Shown: one piece after another, positions 1 to 9,062 of the stretch
Position numbering within the stretch: the stretch's first letter is position 1
How the letters are laid out: each line of letters begins with the position of its first letter
From: a virus
IMG/VR virus record: IMGVR_UViG_3300042383_000546
Coordinates: 1 to 64,000 of that record
Length of the DNA stretch: 64,000 nt
Direction: 5' to 3' (one strand)
Translations under genes and position numbers: made by a program
Notes under the pieces: model-generated
What the model was told of the DNA's origin: nothing
The model's database searches: none
The model's input: the letters and a program-made list of their open reading frames with translations, nothing else

Positions 1-133
1 ATTTGTGGGGGTTTTCGGGTTGTGGAATGTGGCGGTGGGTGGTGAATGGTGATTGCTGACCACTTTATAGGCGGGAATTTCCGTTTTATTCTACAAGTGG
101 GGTATTTTGTTAGGAATTTATTTACTTTGTAGT

Positions 134-811
134 ATGGAAACTAAACTAACCGATATAATCAAAACTGCTCAAAGTTTGGGTTATACAATAGACAAAAGAC
201 CTAATAAGTTAAATATCATAGGGGTAAGGAACTCAGGTGCAACTAGCCAAGATAAGTTTGATGACTTGATTGCTTATTTTACCTATGACAATAATGGAAA
301 ACTAATTGGCAGGGTGGTATCAGGAACTACTGACCCTTCTACTGCTTTTTTGAAAAGCCCTATCAACTTGAAAGGTGCTGCTATCTTAAAGAGCGGTCAA
401 TACAAAGATGCCTACCAACTTGGCTTACACAGAAACAAGTATGAAGCCTTAGTTCAAAGAAAACCTGTAACGGTTATAAGGGACGCTGACAGAAACTCTT
501 TAATAAATTACTTAGCTCCTACACAAACAGGCTTATACGGAATCAACATACACAAATCAACAAAAGGAAAGTCTAACGAGGATATAATAGGTATTGATAG
601 TGCAGGTTGTCAGGTATTCAGAAATATTCGTGATTTTGAGGATATGATGCAACTAGCTAGAATCAGTAAAAATAAATACGGGAACTCTTTTACTTACACG
701 CTAATAGACCAAAGAGACCTTCTCAAACTAGCTAACACAACCGTTCTTTTACTTGCGGGTATAGGTTTAGTTGCTACATCCATCTACTTATTTATTAAAA
801 AGTCTAAATAA
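134..811 (+). CDS. L,D-transpeptidase (YkuD)-like cell-wall enzyme with C-terminal membrane anchor
   Basis: GINIH...SAGCQVF His/Cys motif; C-terminal hydrophobic helix followed by KKSK. ATG at 134 preferred over the TTG at 107. Confidence 0.6.
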   Translation: METKLTDIIKTAQSLGYTIDKRPNKLNIIGVRNSGATSQDKFDDLIAYFTYDNNGKLIGRVVSGTTDPSTAFLKSPINLKGAAILKSGQYKDAYQLGLHRNKYEALVQRKPVTVIRDADRNSLINYLAPTQTGLYGINIHKSTKGKSNEDIIGIDSAGCQVFRNIRDFEDMMQLARISKNKYGNSFTYTLIDQRDLLKLANTTVLLLAGIGLVATSIYLFIKKSK

Positions 812-1398
812 TGACCGAATACAAACCCAAAGACTATATACTCATTTTAGTCGTAGCTGCCATCATAATCGTAGGTATTGAATCTTTCAAGTCTAAAGGT
901 CAAACCCCTCCTGTAAACCAAAAGAAAGGCAGAAATATTATCATTGGGGATAGTCATGGGGTTGGCATTTCTTTTATTACAAAGAGTGCTAAAGCGGAGA
1001 AAGGTCTAGCTAAAAGCGGTTGGACTTTGGCAAATGTTCTAGCTGCCCTGAAGACAAAAGATGTGGATAATGGTGTGTCTAGAGTGTTTATATCTATTGG
1101 AACAAATGGTCAATTCAGCTCTACTGATGACATAAAAGGCTTAGTAAATACTATAAAGGCTAAGTTCCCAAATGCAACTATATACGTTTATGGGGGTTCT
1201 TTTGGGTGGAGTGGTTCTAGGAGTAAAGCAACCTTAGAGAGCAGGTTCGCTGATTACTACAAAAGATTTAAAGATTTGGGGGTATATGTAATGAAAAATA
1301 AGCTAGGCTACTTTACTACTGACGCTGACGCACATTCTGTTAAAACTAATCAAGCTAAAGCTATAGCTCAGGAAATTGACGAACTGAGCAAATCTTAA
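811..1398 (+). CDS. SGNH/GDSL-like hydrolase with N-terminal membrane anchor
   Basis: IIGDSHG block I, IGTNG block III, DADAH block V; N-terminal TM. Confidence 0.6.
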   Translation: MTEYKPKDYILILVVAAIIIVGIESFKSKGQTPPVNQKKGRNIIIGDSHGVGISFITKSAKAEKGLAKSGWTLANVLAALKTKDVDNGVSRVFISIGTNGQFSSTDDIKGLVNTIKAKFPNATIYVYGGSFGWSGSRSKATLESRFADYYKRFKDLGVYVMKNKLGYFTTDADAHSVKTNQAKAIAQEIDELSKS

Positions 1399-1607
1399 AC
1401 ATTATTCTCTTCTAAGCACTTATCACAAAAGATATTCCCATCTAGCCTTTTGCCATGCTTTGAGCATATGTCATACTCCTTTTCATATTCGTCTAAAAAA
1501 TCTAGCCCTTTATAGTCACTATGGTGCTTTTTCATATTGTCTATTAAATGAACCCAAACTATAGATACTATAGCTGCAGCGAGAAAAGAAATTAATATAC
1601 CTATCAT
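1395..1607 (-). CDS. small membrane protein with C-terminal Cys/His cluster
   Basis: N-terminal TM; CSKH...CDKC. Confidence 0.55.
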   Translation of the reverse strand: MIGILISFLAAAIVSIVWVHLIDNMKKHHSDYKGLDFLDEYEKEYDICSKHGKRLDGNIFCDKCLEENNV

Positions 1608-1611
1608 TTTA

Positions 1612-1887
1612 TTAGTTTTCTTGACGTAAATAATTGTGATAAAACACTAGCTTGTATAACAGATTAATCGAGTGATATATGTTGTAGACAGGTATGTGGT
1701 GTATGAACAAGTGGTCGATTACCTTCCTATCTTCATAGATAGCTTTGTATAGTGTCATTGAAGCTAAGTTCTGTAGTATGTACAGCTTTGGGTTTTCTAT
1801 TACCAAAATGCTGATTGTGATAAGCAATCTTTTTAAAACCATAGACATCAAATAATTGAAAATCAATAGTATAAGAAGTATTTTCAT
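1612..1887 (-). CDS. hypothetical protein
   Basis: ORF tightly packed in the minus-strand operon. Confidence 0.45.
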   Translation of the reverse strand: MKILLILLIFNYLMSMVLKRLLITISILVIENPKLYILQNLASMTLYKAIYEDRKVIDHLFIHHIPVYNIYHSINLLYKLVFYHNYLRQEN

Positions 1888-1890
1888 AGG

Positions 1891-2511
1891 TTATTTGTTT
1901 TTTATAATATCGTAATAAAATGAATTACTATCTTCTGCAACCCATCTGTCTGATTGATTTTCTACAGAATGAAGTTCGGTGTCTACCTTAAACTGCTTCA
2001 GGTCTTCAGGTAATGATTTTGTTACAAAGTTAGAATCCTTCCAAAATATTCTGTTGTTTGGCATACACAATAAATATCCGTCATCTGATTCTAGTATATG
2101 ACCACACTTGTAATCTGAAGGCTCATCACTATACGGGTTATCATACCAATCTATTGTTAGAATGTAAGTAGCCCATACTTTACTACCATCTCTAAGTACA
2201 ACCTCTGCTCTATGAAATGCTAAAAAATCATATTCGATTACTGATACATTTTCACTAAAACAATCCCATAATTGTTTGTAATTGAATGGAATATCATTTG
2301 TGGGTACTTTTGTGTATATCTCAGATAATGGTACTCTACTTCTTAACATACCTGAATCAGTTAGTACATGGAATGTAAGTATCTTTCCCCCGCATGATTG
2401 AATACCAAACACATAGACATTGTAATATTCATTTTCATCTTTTTGGTCTTTTGTGAAATATGATTTTTTTACTAGTGCTTTGAAACTCGGAATATTTGAG
2501 TTTAATTTCAT
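1891..2511 (-). CDS. conserved phage hypothetical protein (WDCFS-type)
   Basis: 206-aa ORF with QLWDCFS and PNNRIFW motifs; abuts its neighbours. Confidence 0.65.
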   Translation of the reverse strand: MKLNSNIPSFKALVKKSYFTKDQKDENEYYNVYVFGIQSCGGKILTFHVLTDSGMLRSRVPLSEIYTKVPTNDIPFNYKQLWDCFSENVSVIEYDFLAFHRAEVVLRDGSKVWATYILTIDWYDNPYSDEPSDYKCGHILESDDGYLLCMPNNRIFWKDSNFVTKSLPEDLKQFKVDTELHSVENQSDRWVAEDSNSFYYDIIKNK

Positions 2512-2762
2512 TTTATCTGATTTAGTTTTTTGATTCTAATTAGTATCTTATGTTTGGTTTCACTGCCGAAAGTCCAATCAGCTTCTTCTATAAACCTAAT
2601 ATGCCGTTCATTTAGCTTATTCCACCTATGTAGCAGGACGAACTTAGTGTACGCAAAACTTATGTCGCACATTTCGAAAAAGGCAATACCGATGAGCTTT
2701 TGGTATCTGCCAATCAAGTAGCCTGTTAATAAGGTAAGTGCAAAAAGTGTTAAATATCCCAT
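2508..2762 (-). CDS. hypothetical membrane protein
   Basis: N-terminal TM; 4-bp overlap with the next gene. Confidence 0.5.
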   Translation of the reverse strand: MGYLTLFALTLLTGYLIGRYQKLIGIAFFEMCDISFAYTKFVLLHRWNKLNERHIRFIEEADWTFGSETKHKILIRIKKLNQIK

Positions 2763-2796
2763 TTTTATGGTCTTTTTTTGTTAATTAAAATGTTAG

Positions 2797-3660
2797 TTAT
2801 TCGGGAATATCAGGTAGAGAACCTAGTGTATTACTTACAGAGGCTTGTTTAGTTGGGGCTATTTTTTTACCATCTATTACAATTACTTGCTTTTGCTCAT
2901 CGTCCCATGCAATAGTCGCACCACCTTCTAAATGACTATCTAGCTCTACAGCCTTTTTGCCATGAAAATCTTTAGGTAACATCTTTGATAGCTGCACTAA
3001 GGCAATCTTTCTGAGCATCCACTTGTTAGGGTCTTTCTTATCGTTGAAATAAAGGTCATTATTGTACTTAGAAAGGTTTTGGATATTCATTATATCAAGT
3101 CTTGATAAGACAGTAAACTGATACTCACCATTTTTCATTTTAGCTACTGCATAGGCAAACTTAATCTTGTCTGAAGTTCTAGGTAGGTTGAAGTTAGGTT
3201 TGTGAACGATATTGGGTTCTAAGCCATAGGTAGGCTCAAATTCCTCTCCTTCGTATACTACTTCGGTATGTATGCGGGTTATTTCGCCACTTCTTAAAAG
3301 GATATTAACTAAGCCTTTGTAACCGATTAAAGGGGTAACAGATGGCTTACCATCTATTTTACGAGGTATCAGGTAGAACTCCCCTAGCATATCTGAAGGG
3401 ATAAGACCGATTTCCGCTCCTGCAAGAATTGAGGCAAACATACTAGCAGGGTTTGACATAAAGGCTTCAAGTAGCTTTGGGTTCTTTTTTATTTCAGATA
3501 AGACTATCTGCTTAAACTGAGATACATCAATGTTATGTTTCTTTAAAAGATTAGGCAGCACACTTTGTTCGTACTGCTCTATGTTTTGCTGAAACTTTTG
3601 AATAGGAGTTAAAGTCTTGGCTACTGCAACTTCTTGTTGTTCTTGTTCTTCTTTTTTCAT
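2797..3660 (-). CDS. recT: RecT-family single-strand annealing recombinase
   Basis: GLIP...GEFYLIP...IGYKGLV...R.G...VYEGEEF; AYAVA; MLRKIAL..L.K.LP. Confidence 0.9.
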   Translation of the reverse strand: MKKEEQEQQEVAVAKTLTPIQKFQQNIEQYEQSVLPNLLKKHNIDVSQFKQIVLSEIKKNPKLLEAFMSNPASMFASILAGAEIGLIPSDMLGEFYLIPRKIDGKPSVTPLIGYKGLVNILLRSGEITRIHTEVVYEGEEFEPTYGLEPNIVHKPNFNLPRTSDKIKFAYAVAKMKNGEYQFTVLSRLDIMNIQNLSKYNNDLYFNDKKDPNKWMLRKIALVQLSKMLPKDFHGKKAVELDSHLEGGATIAWDDEQKQVIVIDGKKIAPTKQASVSNTLGSLPDIPE

Positions 3661-3663
3661 GGT

Positions 3664-3924
3664 TTATGCGTTGTATTTAAGTTTTGATTCTATGTAAATA
3701 ATTTGTTCGTCTGTTAGGCTAGAGAAGTCCACTTTGGCATAGTCTTCGTTTAAAAGTAAATAAACCGCATCAATATGCAGCTCAGTCACTTCGCTATCGT
3801 CAATTAAATGATGTCCATGAAAGTCCTCTTCTCTATGGCGGGTTTCTACATTGTAGGAATATGAAACAAAGAGACCATCTTCAATCTCTTCTTTGTCTTT
3901 TATGAAATCGTATTTTTTACTCAT
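3664..3924 (-). CDS. hypothetical acidic protein
   Basis: operon context. Confidence 0.5.
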   Translation of the reverse strand: MSKKYDFIKDKEEIEDGLFVSYSYNVETRHREEDFHGHHLIDDSEVTELHIDAVYLLLNEDYAKVDFSSLTDEQIIYIESKLKYNA

Positions 3925-4050
3925 TTTATTCTATATATTTTGGTGTACCTGCCTTTAACTTCACAGAAATAGTTTACCCATTGGAAGTTCTTTTTAAGCC
4001 AAATGATTTGACCACACAGGTAACATTTATACTTAAACATGGTTATACTT

Positions 4051-4851
4051 TTAGTAGTGTATTTCCTCTATAAGTGGAACTTCTGCTCTTTTATCACATT
4101 CATTAAAAAAGTGGCAACCCTGACACCTTTGATAAGTAGGTCTAGCCTCTAGCTTGTCGGGATTATTGTAAAAGAAGTCTATATAACGCTTCATTTTAGA
4201 AACATATTGTTCCTCGTGTAAAGTAATGTGCTCTTCCTGAATATTAGCTTTGATAATCTTTGCTTTATCAGGGTCTTTTGAGCTGAAAATAAAGAAGTAA
4301 AAAGGTATGTTTTCAATACCCTCTAAGTTCTTAATTAAGTACTTATAGTGAATAGGCTGAAGTAGTAGTTTTGGCTTATATACCAAAGACTCAGTATGCC
4401 ACCCATACTCATTAAATTTGTCATCAATTAAGGAAGTATACTTAACATCAATGATGCAGTCCTCTCCTTTCCAATTAGCCCTAACGTCACTTATACCACT
4501 AGACCCGTCAAATAGCATATACTCACCGATTTTCTTGATTTCGATTTCGTGCTTTTTAATGATGTCTTTAAATAGTAAGGCTGATTGGTTTGCCTTTTCG
4601 TAATCTGCTGCTAACTTCTCTTTAGCTGTACCCTTGTAAACCATTTCAGGCTCAGGGATAGGGTCACCTGCTCTAACGTATTCAGTTGCTTTGTACTCAA
4701 AATAAGTACCTAACTTTTGTACCGCACTTTGTGGGGTTGATTTTCCCTCAAAATACTTTTTGAAAATAAGTAGACCACAGCCATTAACGTTTTGGTCGTA
4801 ATAGTCTACAAGCTCTTTAAGAAGGGATTGGGAAAGGTTTGGTTTTTTCAT
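4051..4851 (-). CDS. PD-(D/E)xK exonuclease, Cas4/RecB-like, probable partner of RecT
   Basis: GISD...IIDVK...Q..HY motifs; an N-terminal Cys plus C-terminal CQGCHFFNEC (possible Fe-S staple). Confidence 0.8.
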   Translation of the reverse strand: MKKPNLSQSLLKELVDYYDQNVNGCGLLIFKKYFEGKSTPQSAVQKLGTYFEYKATEYVRAGDPIPEPEMVYKGTAKEKLAADYEKANQSALLFKDIIKKHEIEIKKIGEYMLFDGSSGISDVRANWKGEDCIIDVKYTSLIDDKFNEYGWHTESLVYKPKLLLQPIHYKYLIKNLEGIENIPFYFFIFSSKDPDKAKIIKANIQEEHITLHEEQYVSKMKRYIDFFYNNPDKLEARPTYQRCQGCHFFNECDKRAEVPLIEEIHY

Positions 4852-4865
4852 TTTTATGGTTTTTA

Positions 4866-5177
4866 TTAATAATCGTCTATTGGAAATTGTCTTCTCTTGT
4901 CATCATTAAATTGCTTTCTTTGATTGATTAAGTCCATAGCACTTTGTACATCGTCTAGCTCAATCTTTACGGCTGATTTTGATAACTCGTTTTCGTTTAT
5001 AAATTTATGCTTTTCACAGTAAAAATTGTCAGAAACTTTTATGTGCATTAGCTTTTCATGGTTATAGGCTGAAGACACCCTAATCACCCCACAGCTCTGT
5101 AGTTCTTGCTTGTAAAATCGGCAGTTAAGACACCTCCTTACAATCGGCATTGATTTTTGGTTTAGGTAAAATTCCAT
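4866..5177 (-). CDS. small Cys-rich (zinc-binding) protein
   Basis: CLNCRFY...C...CEKH. Confidence 0.55.
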   Translation of the reverse strand: MEFYLNQKSMPIVRRCLNCRFYKQELQSCGVIRVSSAYNHEKLMHIKVSDNFYCEKHKFINENELSKSAVKIELDDVQSAMDLINQRKQFNDDKRRQFPIDDY

Positions 5178-5197
5178 AGTTCTCTCTCTCTTTAGTT

Positions 5198-5647
5198 TTA
5201 AAATAGTGTTATTTGTTTGGTATCATTATTGGGTTCTAAATCATATACTAATTTATAGTAAGTAAGTACGCTTTCATTTAATTGGTTTATGAATGTGCAG
5301 GTGTCCTGAAGTACAGTTGTCCTCGCTTTGAGGTATTTCCTTCTTTTAACGCTATCATATTCAACGCTTACCATACCATTAGACTTAAAATTAGCAATAA
5401 CTTCTTTAGCTCTTTTGTCTATTAGGTCTATATGTGTTTGGAATTGATTTACAAAGGTTTCTCTATGTAAAACAGCCTCAGCAATCATTTCTCTTAGTTT
5501 CTTTCCATTTTCCACCATAAGAGCTAAAGCTGTACTACTTAGTGTATTAGCTATAGACCTCCTTTCAGCTTCAGTAAGGTCAGGGTACAAGTCAGCCAAT
5601 CTCTCACAAAAGGTTTCAAATATTTCGTTTCTAAAAGTATTTTGCAT
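5198..5647 (-). CDS. hypothetical protein
   Basis: ORF ends in QITLF, which resembles a sliding-clamp binding motif. Confidence 0.55.
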   Translation of the reverse strand: MQNTFRNEIFETFCERLADLYPDLTEAERRSIANTLSSTALALMVENGKKLREMIAEAVLHRETFVNQFQTHIDLIDKRAKEVIANFKSNGMVSVEYDSVKRRKYLKARTTVLQDTCTFINQLNESVLTYYKLVYDLEPNNDTKQITLF

Positions 5648-5689
5648 AGTTTTGTATTAGTAGTTCCAACTGCAAGTTTTTACATTTTT

Positions 5690-6445
5690 TTAGAGAGTCG
5701 AGAGGTTTGTGCCAATCGGCTCTTCTTTTTTTGGTTTATCTATTTCCACTAGCTGTTTCCAATCAATACTTACAGAATCCAAATACATCTGCACTATTTC
5801 TCTATTTTTCTTTGTGTCCTTGTAATAAATACAATCAGTCTTGTAGCATATAAAGTCATTACCTAGCATATCAGCCATCACCATCATGTGCTCAAAGCAC
5901 TCGTATCTGATATTATCATACACTCGCTGTAATACAGGCTCAAATTTCAGGACTACAGACTTGTTGGTCACTTCACCCTTATTAACTAAAAAATACTCCT
6001 TTTTGGAGCTTAAATTAGCAAGAGAGGCTAGTCTGAGGGACTTATCCTTAACCATTAACCCTTTTTCGTATGTTTTGCTGCTTATATACCCGTTTAAGAA
6101 GGCTATTCGCCAATAGGCATGGTCTAAGTCGGTAGCTGTTATTTTACCTTTAGCTTCTTCTACATTAGGATTCCAATAGTTTACGGGAAGTCTTTTTTTG
6201 GCTACTATCTTTTTACCAAAACAAAAGTCTTTGACCTCGTTCATAACGCTACGAAATATCCAAATATCTTTTGACGATGCTGATTTTCTGTTAGAAGGGA
6301 AAACGAACTTACGGTCACCCCAAATAAGTTCAGTAGAATAAGAGCCTCTTCTGTAGTAGGCTTTAGTGTTAGAGTGCTTTAATCTGCCAAAGATTAGGTC
6401 TTCAGATTTGCTTTTAATTATGGTTATGTTGTCTAAAAAATTCAT
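5690..6445 (-). CDS. minimal family-B DNA polymerase-like palm protein
   Basis: TDLDHAYW (motif A-like) and YKTDCIYY (motif C-like); no exonuclease domain. Confidence 0.5.
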   Translation of the reverse strand: MNFLDNITIIKSKSEDLIFGRLKHSNTKAYYRRGSYSTELIWGDRKFVFPSNRKSASSKDIWIFRSVMNEVKDFCFGKKIVAKKRLPVNYWNPNVEEAKGKITATDLDHAYWRIAFLNGYISSKTYEKGLMVKDKSLRLASLANLSSKKEYFLVNKGEVTNKSVVLKFEPVLQRVYDNIRYECFEHMMVMADMLGNDFICYKTDCIYYKDTKKNREIVQMYLDSVSIDWKQLVEIDKPKKEEPIGTNLSTL

Positions 6446-6461
6446 GGTCTTTTTATGGTTT

Positions 6462-7316
6462 TTACTTTTTACCTTTCTTGATTTCGTCTCTCAAAACTTC
6501 GTATTTGACTTTTGAGAAAGCTCCCGATTGGTAGGCTAGTTTTAGCGAATCTAAGGCTTTTTTTACAGATTCATTTATTTTTTGATTTTCAGGTTTTTTG
6601 CTTCTAGCTTTTTTTGCAGCTCTAGCTCTTTTACGCTTATCCTTTTGTAAGTCTTTGAACCTCCCCTGAAAGTACCCTGATATAGACTGAGCAGCCTTTT
6701 CCTCTTTTTTTGTTCTTTCGTAATCTACTCCTTCAAATGTATCCTGTGGTGTATCATTTATGGTTAATACATAGTCCACAAAGTAATTAATCGGGTCTCC
6801 ATTATTTTTCTTTCTAGGCTTTAGTTTTACGATACCATAAAAGTAAGCCACACCTGAATCGTTACCTTCCAAATAGTCTCTTATGTCATCTATAAGGTCA
6901 GCAACACCATTTGAGTAATAGTTATAATTACTTGTATTAAATATCCTCGTTTTGCCAATAAATCCTGCATTAACTCTAACGTCTAAACAATCAGGTAGGA
7001 AATTAGAAATATGCTTGTCTATTTCATAGTATTCAACGGCTGCTAGATACTGCTCAGGAAGTAGTAAAGGGTTACATACCTCTTTAGGTGGTAAGGCTTT
7101 AATTATACCCCTTAAATCCCTTTTTATTTCACTTACTAAAACTCTCTCTTGAGCCTTGAACTTTGGATAAAGTTGCTGAGAAACAATCTTTCTTTTGGCA
7201 GCTATGGATAGCTTTTGTTGATTGGGGTCTCTGTCGTTTTGGTTGCCTAATTCTTTCAGCAAGTAGTTATATAACCGTATACCTTTTAGCGGTTTTTTCT
7301 TGCTGTTGTTTGGCAT
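6462..7316 (-). CDS. hypothetical basic protein
   Basis: 284-aa ORF with Lys/Arg-rich termini. Confidence 0.6.
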   Translation of the reverse strand: MPNNSKKKPLKGIRLYNYLLKELGNQNDRDPNQQKLSIAAKRKIVSQQLYPKFKAQERVLVSEIKRDLRGIIKALPPKEVCNPLLLPEQYLAAVEYYEIDKHISNFLPDCLDVRVNAGFIGKTRIFNTSNYNYYSNGVADLIDDIRDYLEGNDSGVAYFYGIVKLKPRKKNNGDPINYFVDYVLTINDTPQDTFEGVDYERTKKEEKAAQSISGYFQGRFKDLQKDKRKRARAAKKARSKKPENQKINESVKKALDSLKLAYQSGAFSKVKYEVLRDEIKKGKK

Positions 7317-7352
7317 AAAATAGGATTGGATTTTGTTCGGGGTGTAAATTTA

Positions 7353-7682
7353 CTAATAAGATAGGTAAAATTCATTAACTAATATTGCATTTTCTCTGCC
7401 AATCAGTATATCGACCTCACTCCTATCCATATTTTTTATATTATTTAAGGCTTTATCAATCAAAACCAAAGCTATTATTTTGGCTGTAAAAGCAGGAAAA
7501 CCCATTCTTTTTGCCTTCATAATTATTTTCCAATCCATACCAAAATTGATACTCACATTTGTGAGGATAGTTTCAAAGATTTTATAGGTAGGGGTATACT
7601 TATCAAAGCCATATTGATATATAGCATCTTCTTTAAGCCAACCGCTTTCTCTTAAAGTCTTTATAACTGATTTAGCTATCAT
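7353..7682 (-). CDS. hypothetical protein
   Basis: operon context. Confidence 0.5.
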   Translation of the reverse strand: MIAKSVIKTLRESGWLKEDAIYQYGFDKYTPTYKIFETILTNVSINFGMDWKIIMKAKRMGFPAFTAKIIALVLIDKALNNIKNMDRSEVDILIGRENAILVNEFYLSY

Positions 7683-7948
7683 GGTCTTGAATGTTTAAAA
7701 AACCTTCCGTTCACCTCTATTGGCTCTTCAAAAAAGTCTTTTCTAGATTTGGTTATTTTATAAGTTAAGATACCGATTGTAACACCCATTTGTTTGCAAA
7801 AATTGTCTTTGCCTTCAATTATTTCACCACTATTAATGTCCTCAAATACGATACCTGTTACTCTTTTGTGATTGTTACCCATCATTCTTTTGGCTTTATC
7901 AACTCTATATCCGTTGTATTGCTTTCTGTTTATTATTGCGTTATACAT
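7679..7948 (-). CDS. hypothetical small basic protein, possibly DNA-binding
   Basis: overlapping start/stop codons with its neighbours. Confidence 0.5.
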   Translation of the reverse strand: MYNAIINRKQYNGYRVDKAKRMMGNNHKRVTGIVFEDINSGEIIEGKDNFCKQMGVTIGILTYKITKSRKDFFEEPIEVNGRFFKHSRP

Positions 7949-8385
7949 TACTCTTCTCCTTCTTTTTTTACCCTGTATTTTTTAATAAAATCAAAAGGAA
8001 CAAACTTTTGAAGCTCAAATCCCTGCTGCTTAAAATTTAAGAAACGACCCCAATCTTTGATAAGTGACTTAGGGAAAACGTACTTTTCGTCATTATCTAT
8101 GGTAAGGTGAATAGTCTTGATTTCTAGTGAATCGTCATTAATTATGTTCCAATTAAAGCCATAACCTTTTGTAGCATAGTGATAGTGCTTTTGGCTCTTT
8201 CTAGTTACATGAAAGCTATTGTCATGCAGGTATAAATTACCTATGTTACGTCTTCTGCCCTCGCTTTTAAGTTTTAGGAAAATGGTTGCACCTACGTCAT
8301 ATTTGTTTTCGTCTGAGAAGATTCGCATAAAAACTATATTTTCAAATCCGTCTTCTCTAGCAACTACTCTGCTACCTACTATCAT
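7948..8385 (-). CDS. hypothetical phage protein
   Basis: ACCATG start; GYGFN and GFELQKF motifs. Confidence 0.6.
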   Translation of the reverse strand: MIVGSRVVAREDGFENIVFMRIFSDENKYDVGATIFLKLKSEGRRRNIGNLYLHDNSFHVTRKSQKHYHYATKGYGFNWNIINDDSLEIKTIHLTIDNDEKYVFPKSLIKDWGRFLNFKQQGFELQKFVPFDFIKKYRVKKEGEE

Positions 8386-8407
8386 GGTTTTGTTTTTTAT
8401 GGTTTAA

Positions 8408-8599
8408 TTAATTGACTACAAAGTGAATTTCCATACTACGCTTATCTAAACGTATGTACAGTTCAGTGTGCTTTTGCTCGTCTTTTTGTATTTCTAAATA
8501 CCTTCCGACTAAAACTGCTGCAGCATCTAATTGCACCTGATGGTTGCAGCTATCAATAATTTTTGCTATCCAATCGTATAAATGGTCTGCTTGTTTCAT
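8408..8599 (-). CDS. hypothetical protein
   Basis: early-gene cluster. Confidence 0.55.
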   Translation of the reverse strand: MKQADHLYDWIAKIIDSCNHQVQLDAAAVLVGRYLEIQKDEQKHTELYIRLDKRSMEIHFVVN

Positions 8600-8608
8600 G
8601 GCTTAAAT

Positions 8609-8704
8609 TTAAAAGTTATCTGCTACTAAGCATAGCAATATAATAATAAAAATGCCAAAATAGGCAACTTTAGGACTCCAACTTTCTTGTTGATATTTGT
8701 TCAT
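8609..8704 (-). CDS. 31-aa membrane peptide (not in ORF track)
   Basis: MNKYQQESWSPKVAYFGIFIIILLCLVADNF; preceded by the AAACCATAAAAATC leader. Confidence 0.5.
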   Translation of the reverse strand: MNKYQQESWSPKVAYFGIFIIILLCLVADNF

Positions 8705-8765
8705 GGCTTTGATTTTTATGGTTTAGTAAGAGTGCATTGAATAGTCGCACCCCTATTTTTTTTTA

Positions 8766-8969
8766 TTATCTTATATATAAATTAGATTCTTTGTCTTTTA
8801 TTTGAAACTTTAAAATTTCTTTGTCGTGCCACATCATCAATAATTTTGTATATAATGAAGTATTTAATGGCAGCTTACATACCTTAGATTGAACTTCAAT
8901 TTGCCCATCTAATTTTGTAATAATAAATTCGTATTTTTTTTGAGTTGTAATTGTGTTCTGATTTGTCAT
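8766..8969 (-). CDS. hypothetical protein, first gene of the early cluster
   Basis: preceded by the leader repeat and a TAAATTTAC motif. Confidence 0.55.
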   Translation of the reverse strand: MTNQNTITTQKKYEFIITKLDGQIEVQSKVCKLPLNTSLYTKLLMMWHDKEILKFQIKDKESNLYIR

Positions 8970-8995
8970 GGTCTAGATTTTTATGGTTTATGAGT

Positions 8996-9004
8996 GTAAA
9001 TTTA
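8996..9004 (-). promoter_or_regulatory. putative Bacteroidota-type -7 promoter element (TAAATTTAC)
   Basis: The same 9-mer lies just upstream of genes at 7344-7352, 18568-18576, 26300-26308 and 62969-62977; resembles the TAnnTTTG consensus. Confidence 0.45.
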
Positions 9005-9062
9005 TATAAAAACGTAATACCAAAACAAATATTGTGTTAAAATCTTGTTAAAGCCATTAACA

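Noticed and set aside
3960-4040. 26-aa ORF MFKYKCYLCGQ... between the exonuclease and the next gene
   Set aside because: It has a plausible ACCATG start but is too short and has no independent support.
4051-4851. Cas4-like nuclease as evidence for CRISPR-Cas
   Set aside because: It lies near recT with no cas1/cas2 or array; a recombination exonuclease is the simpler reading.
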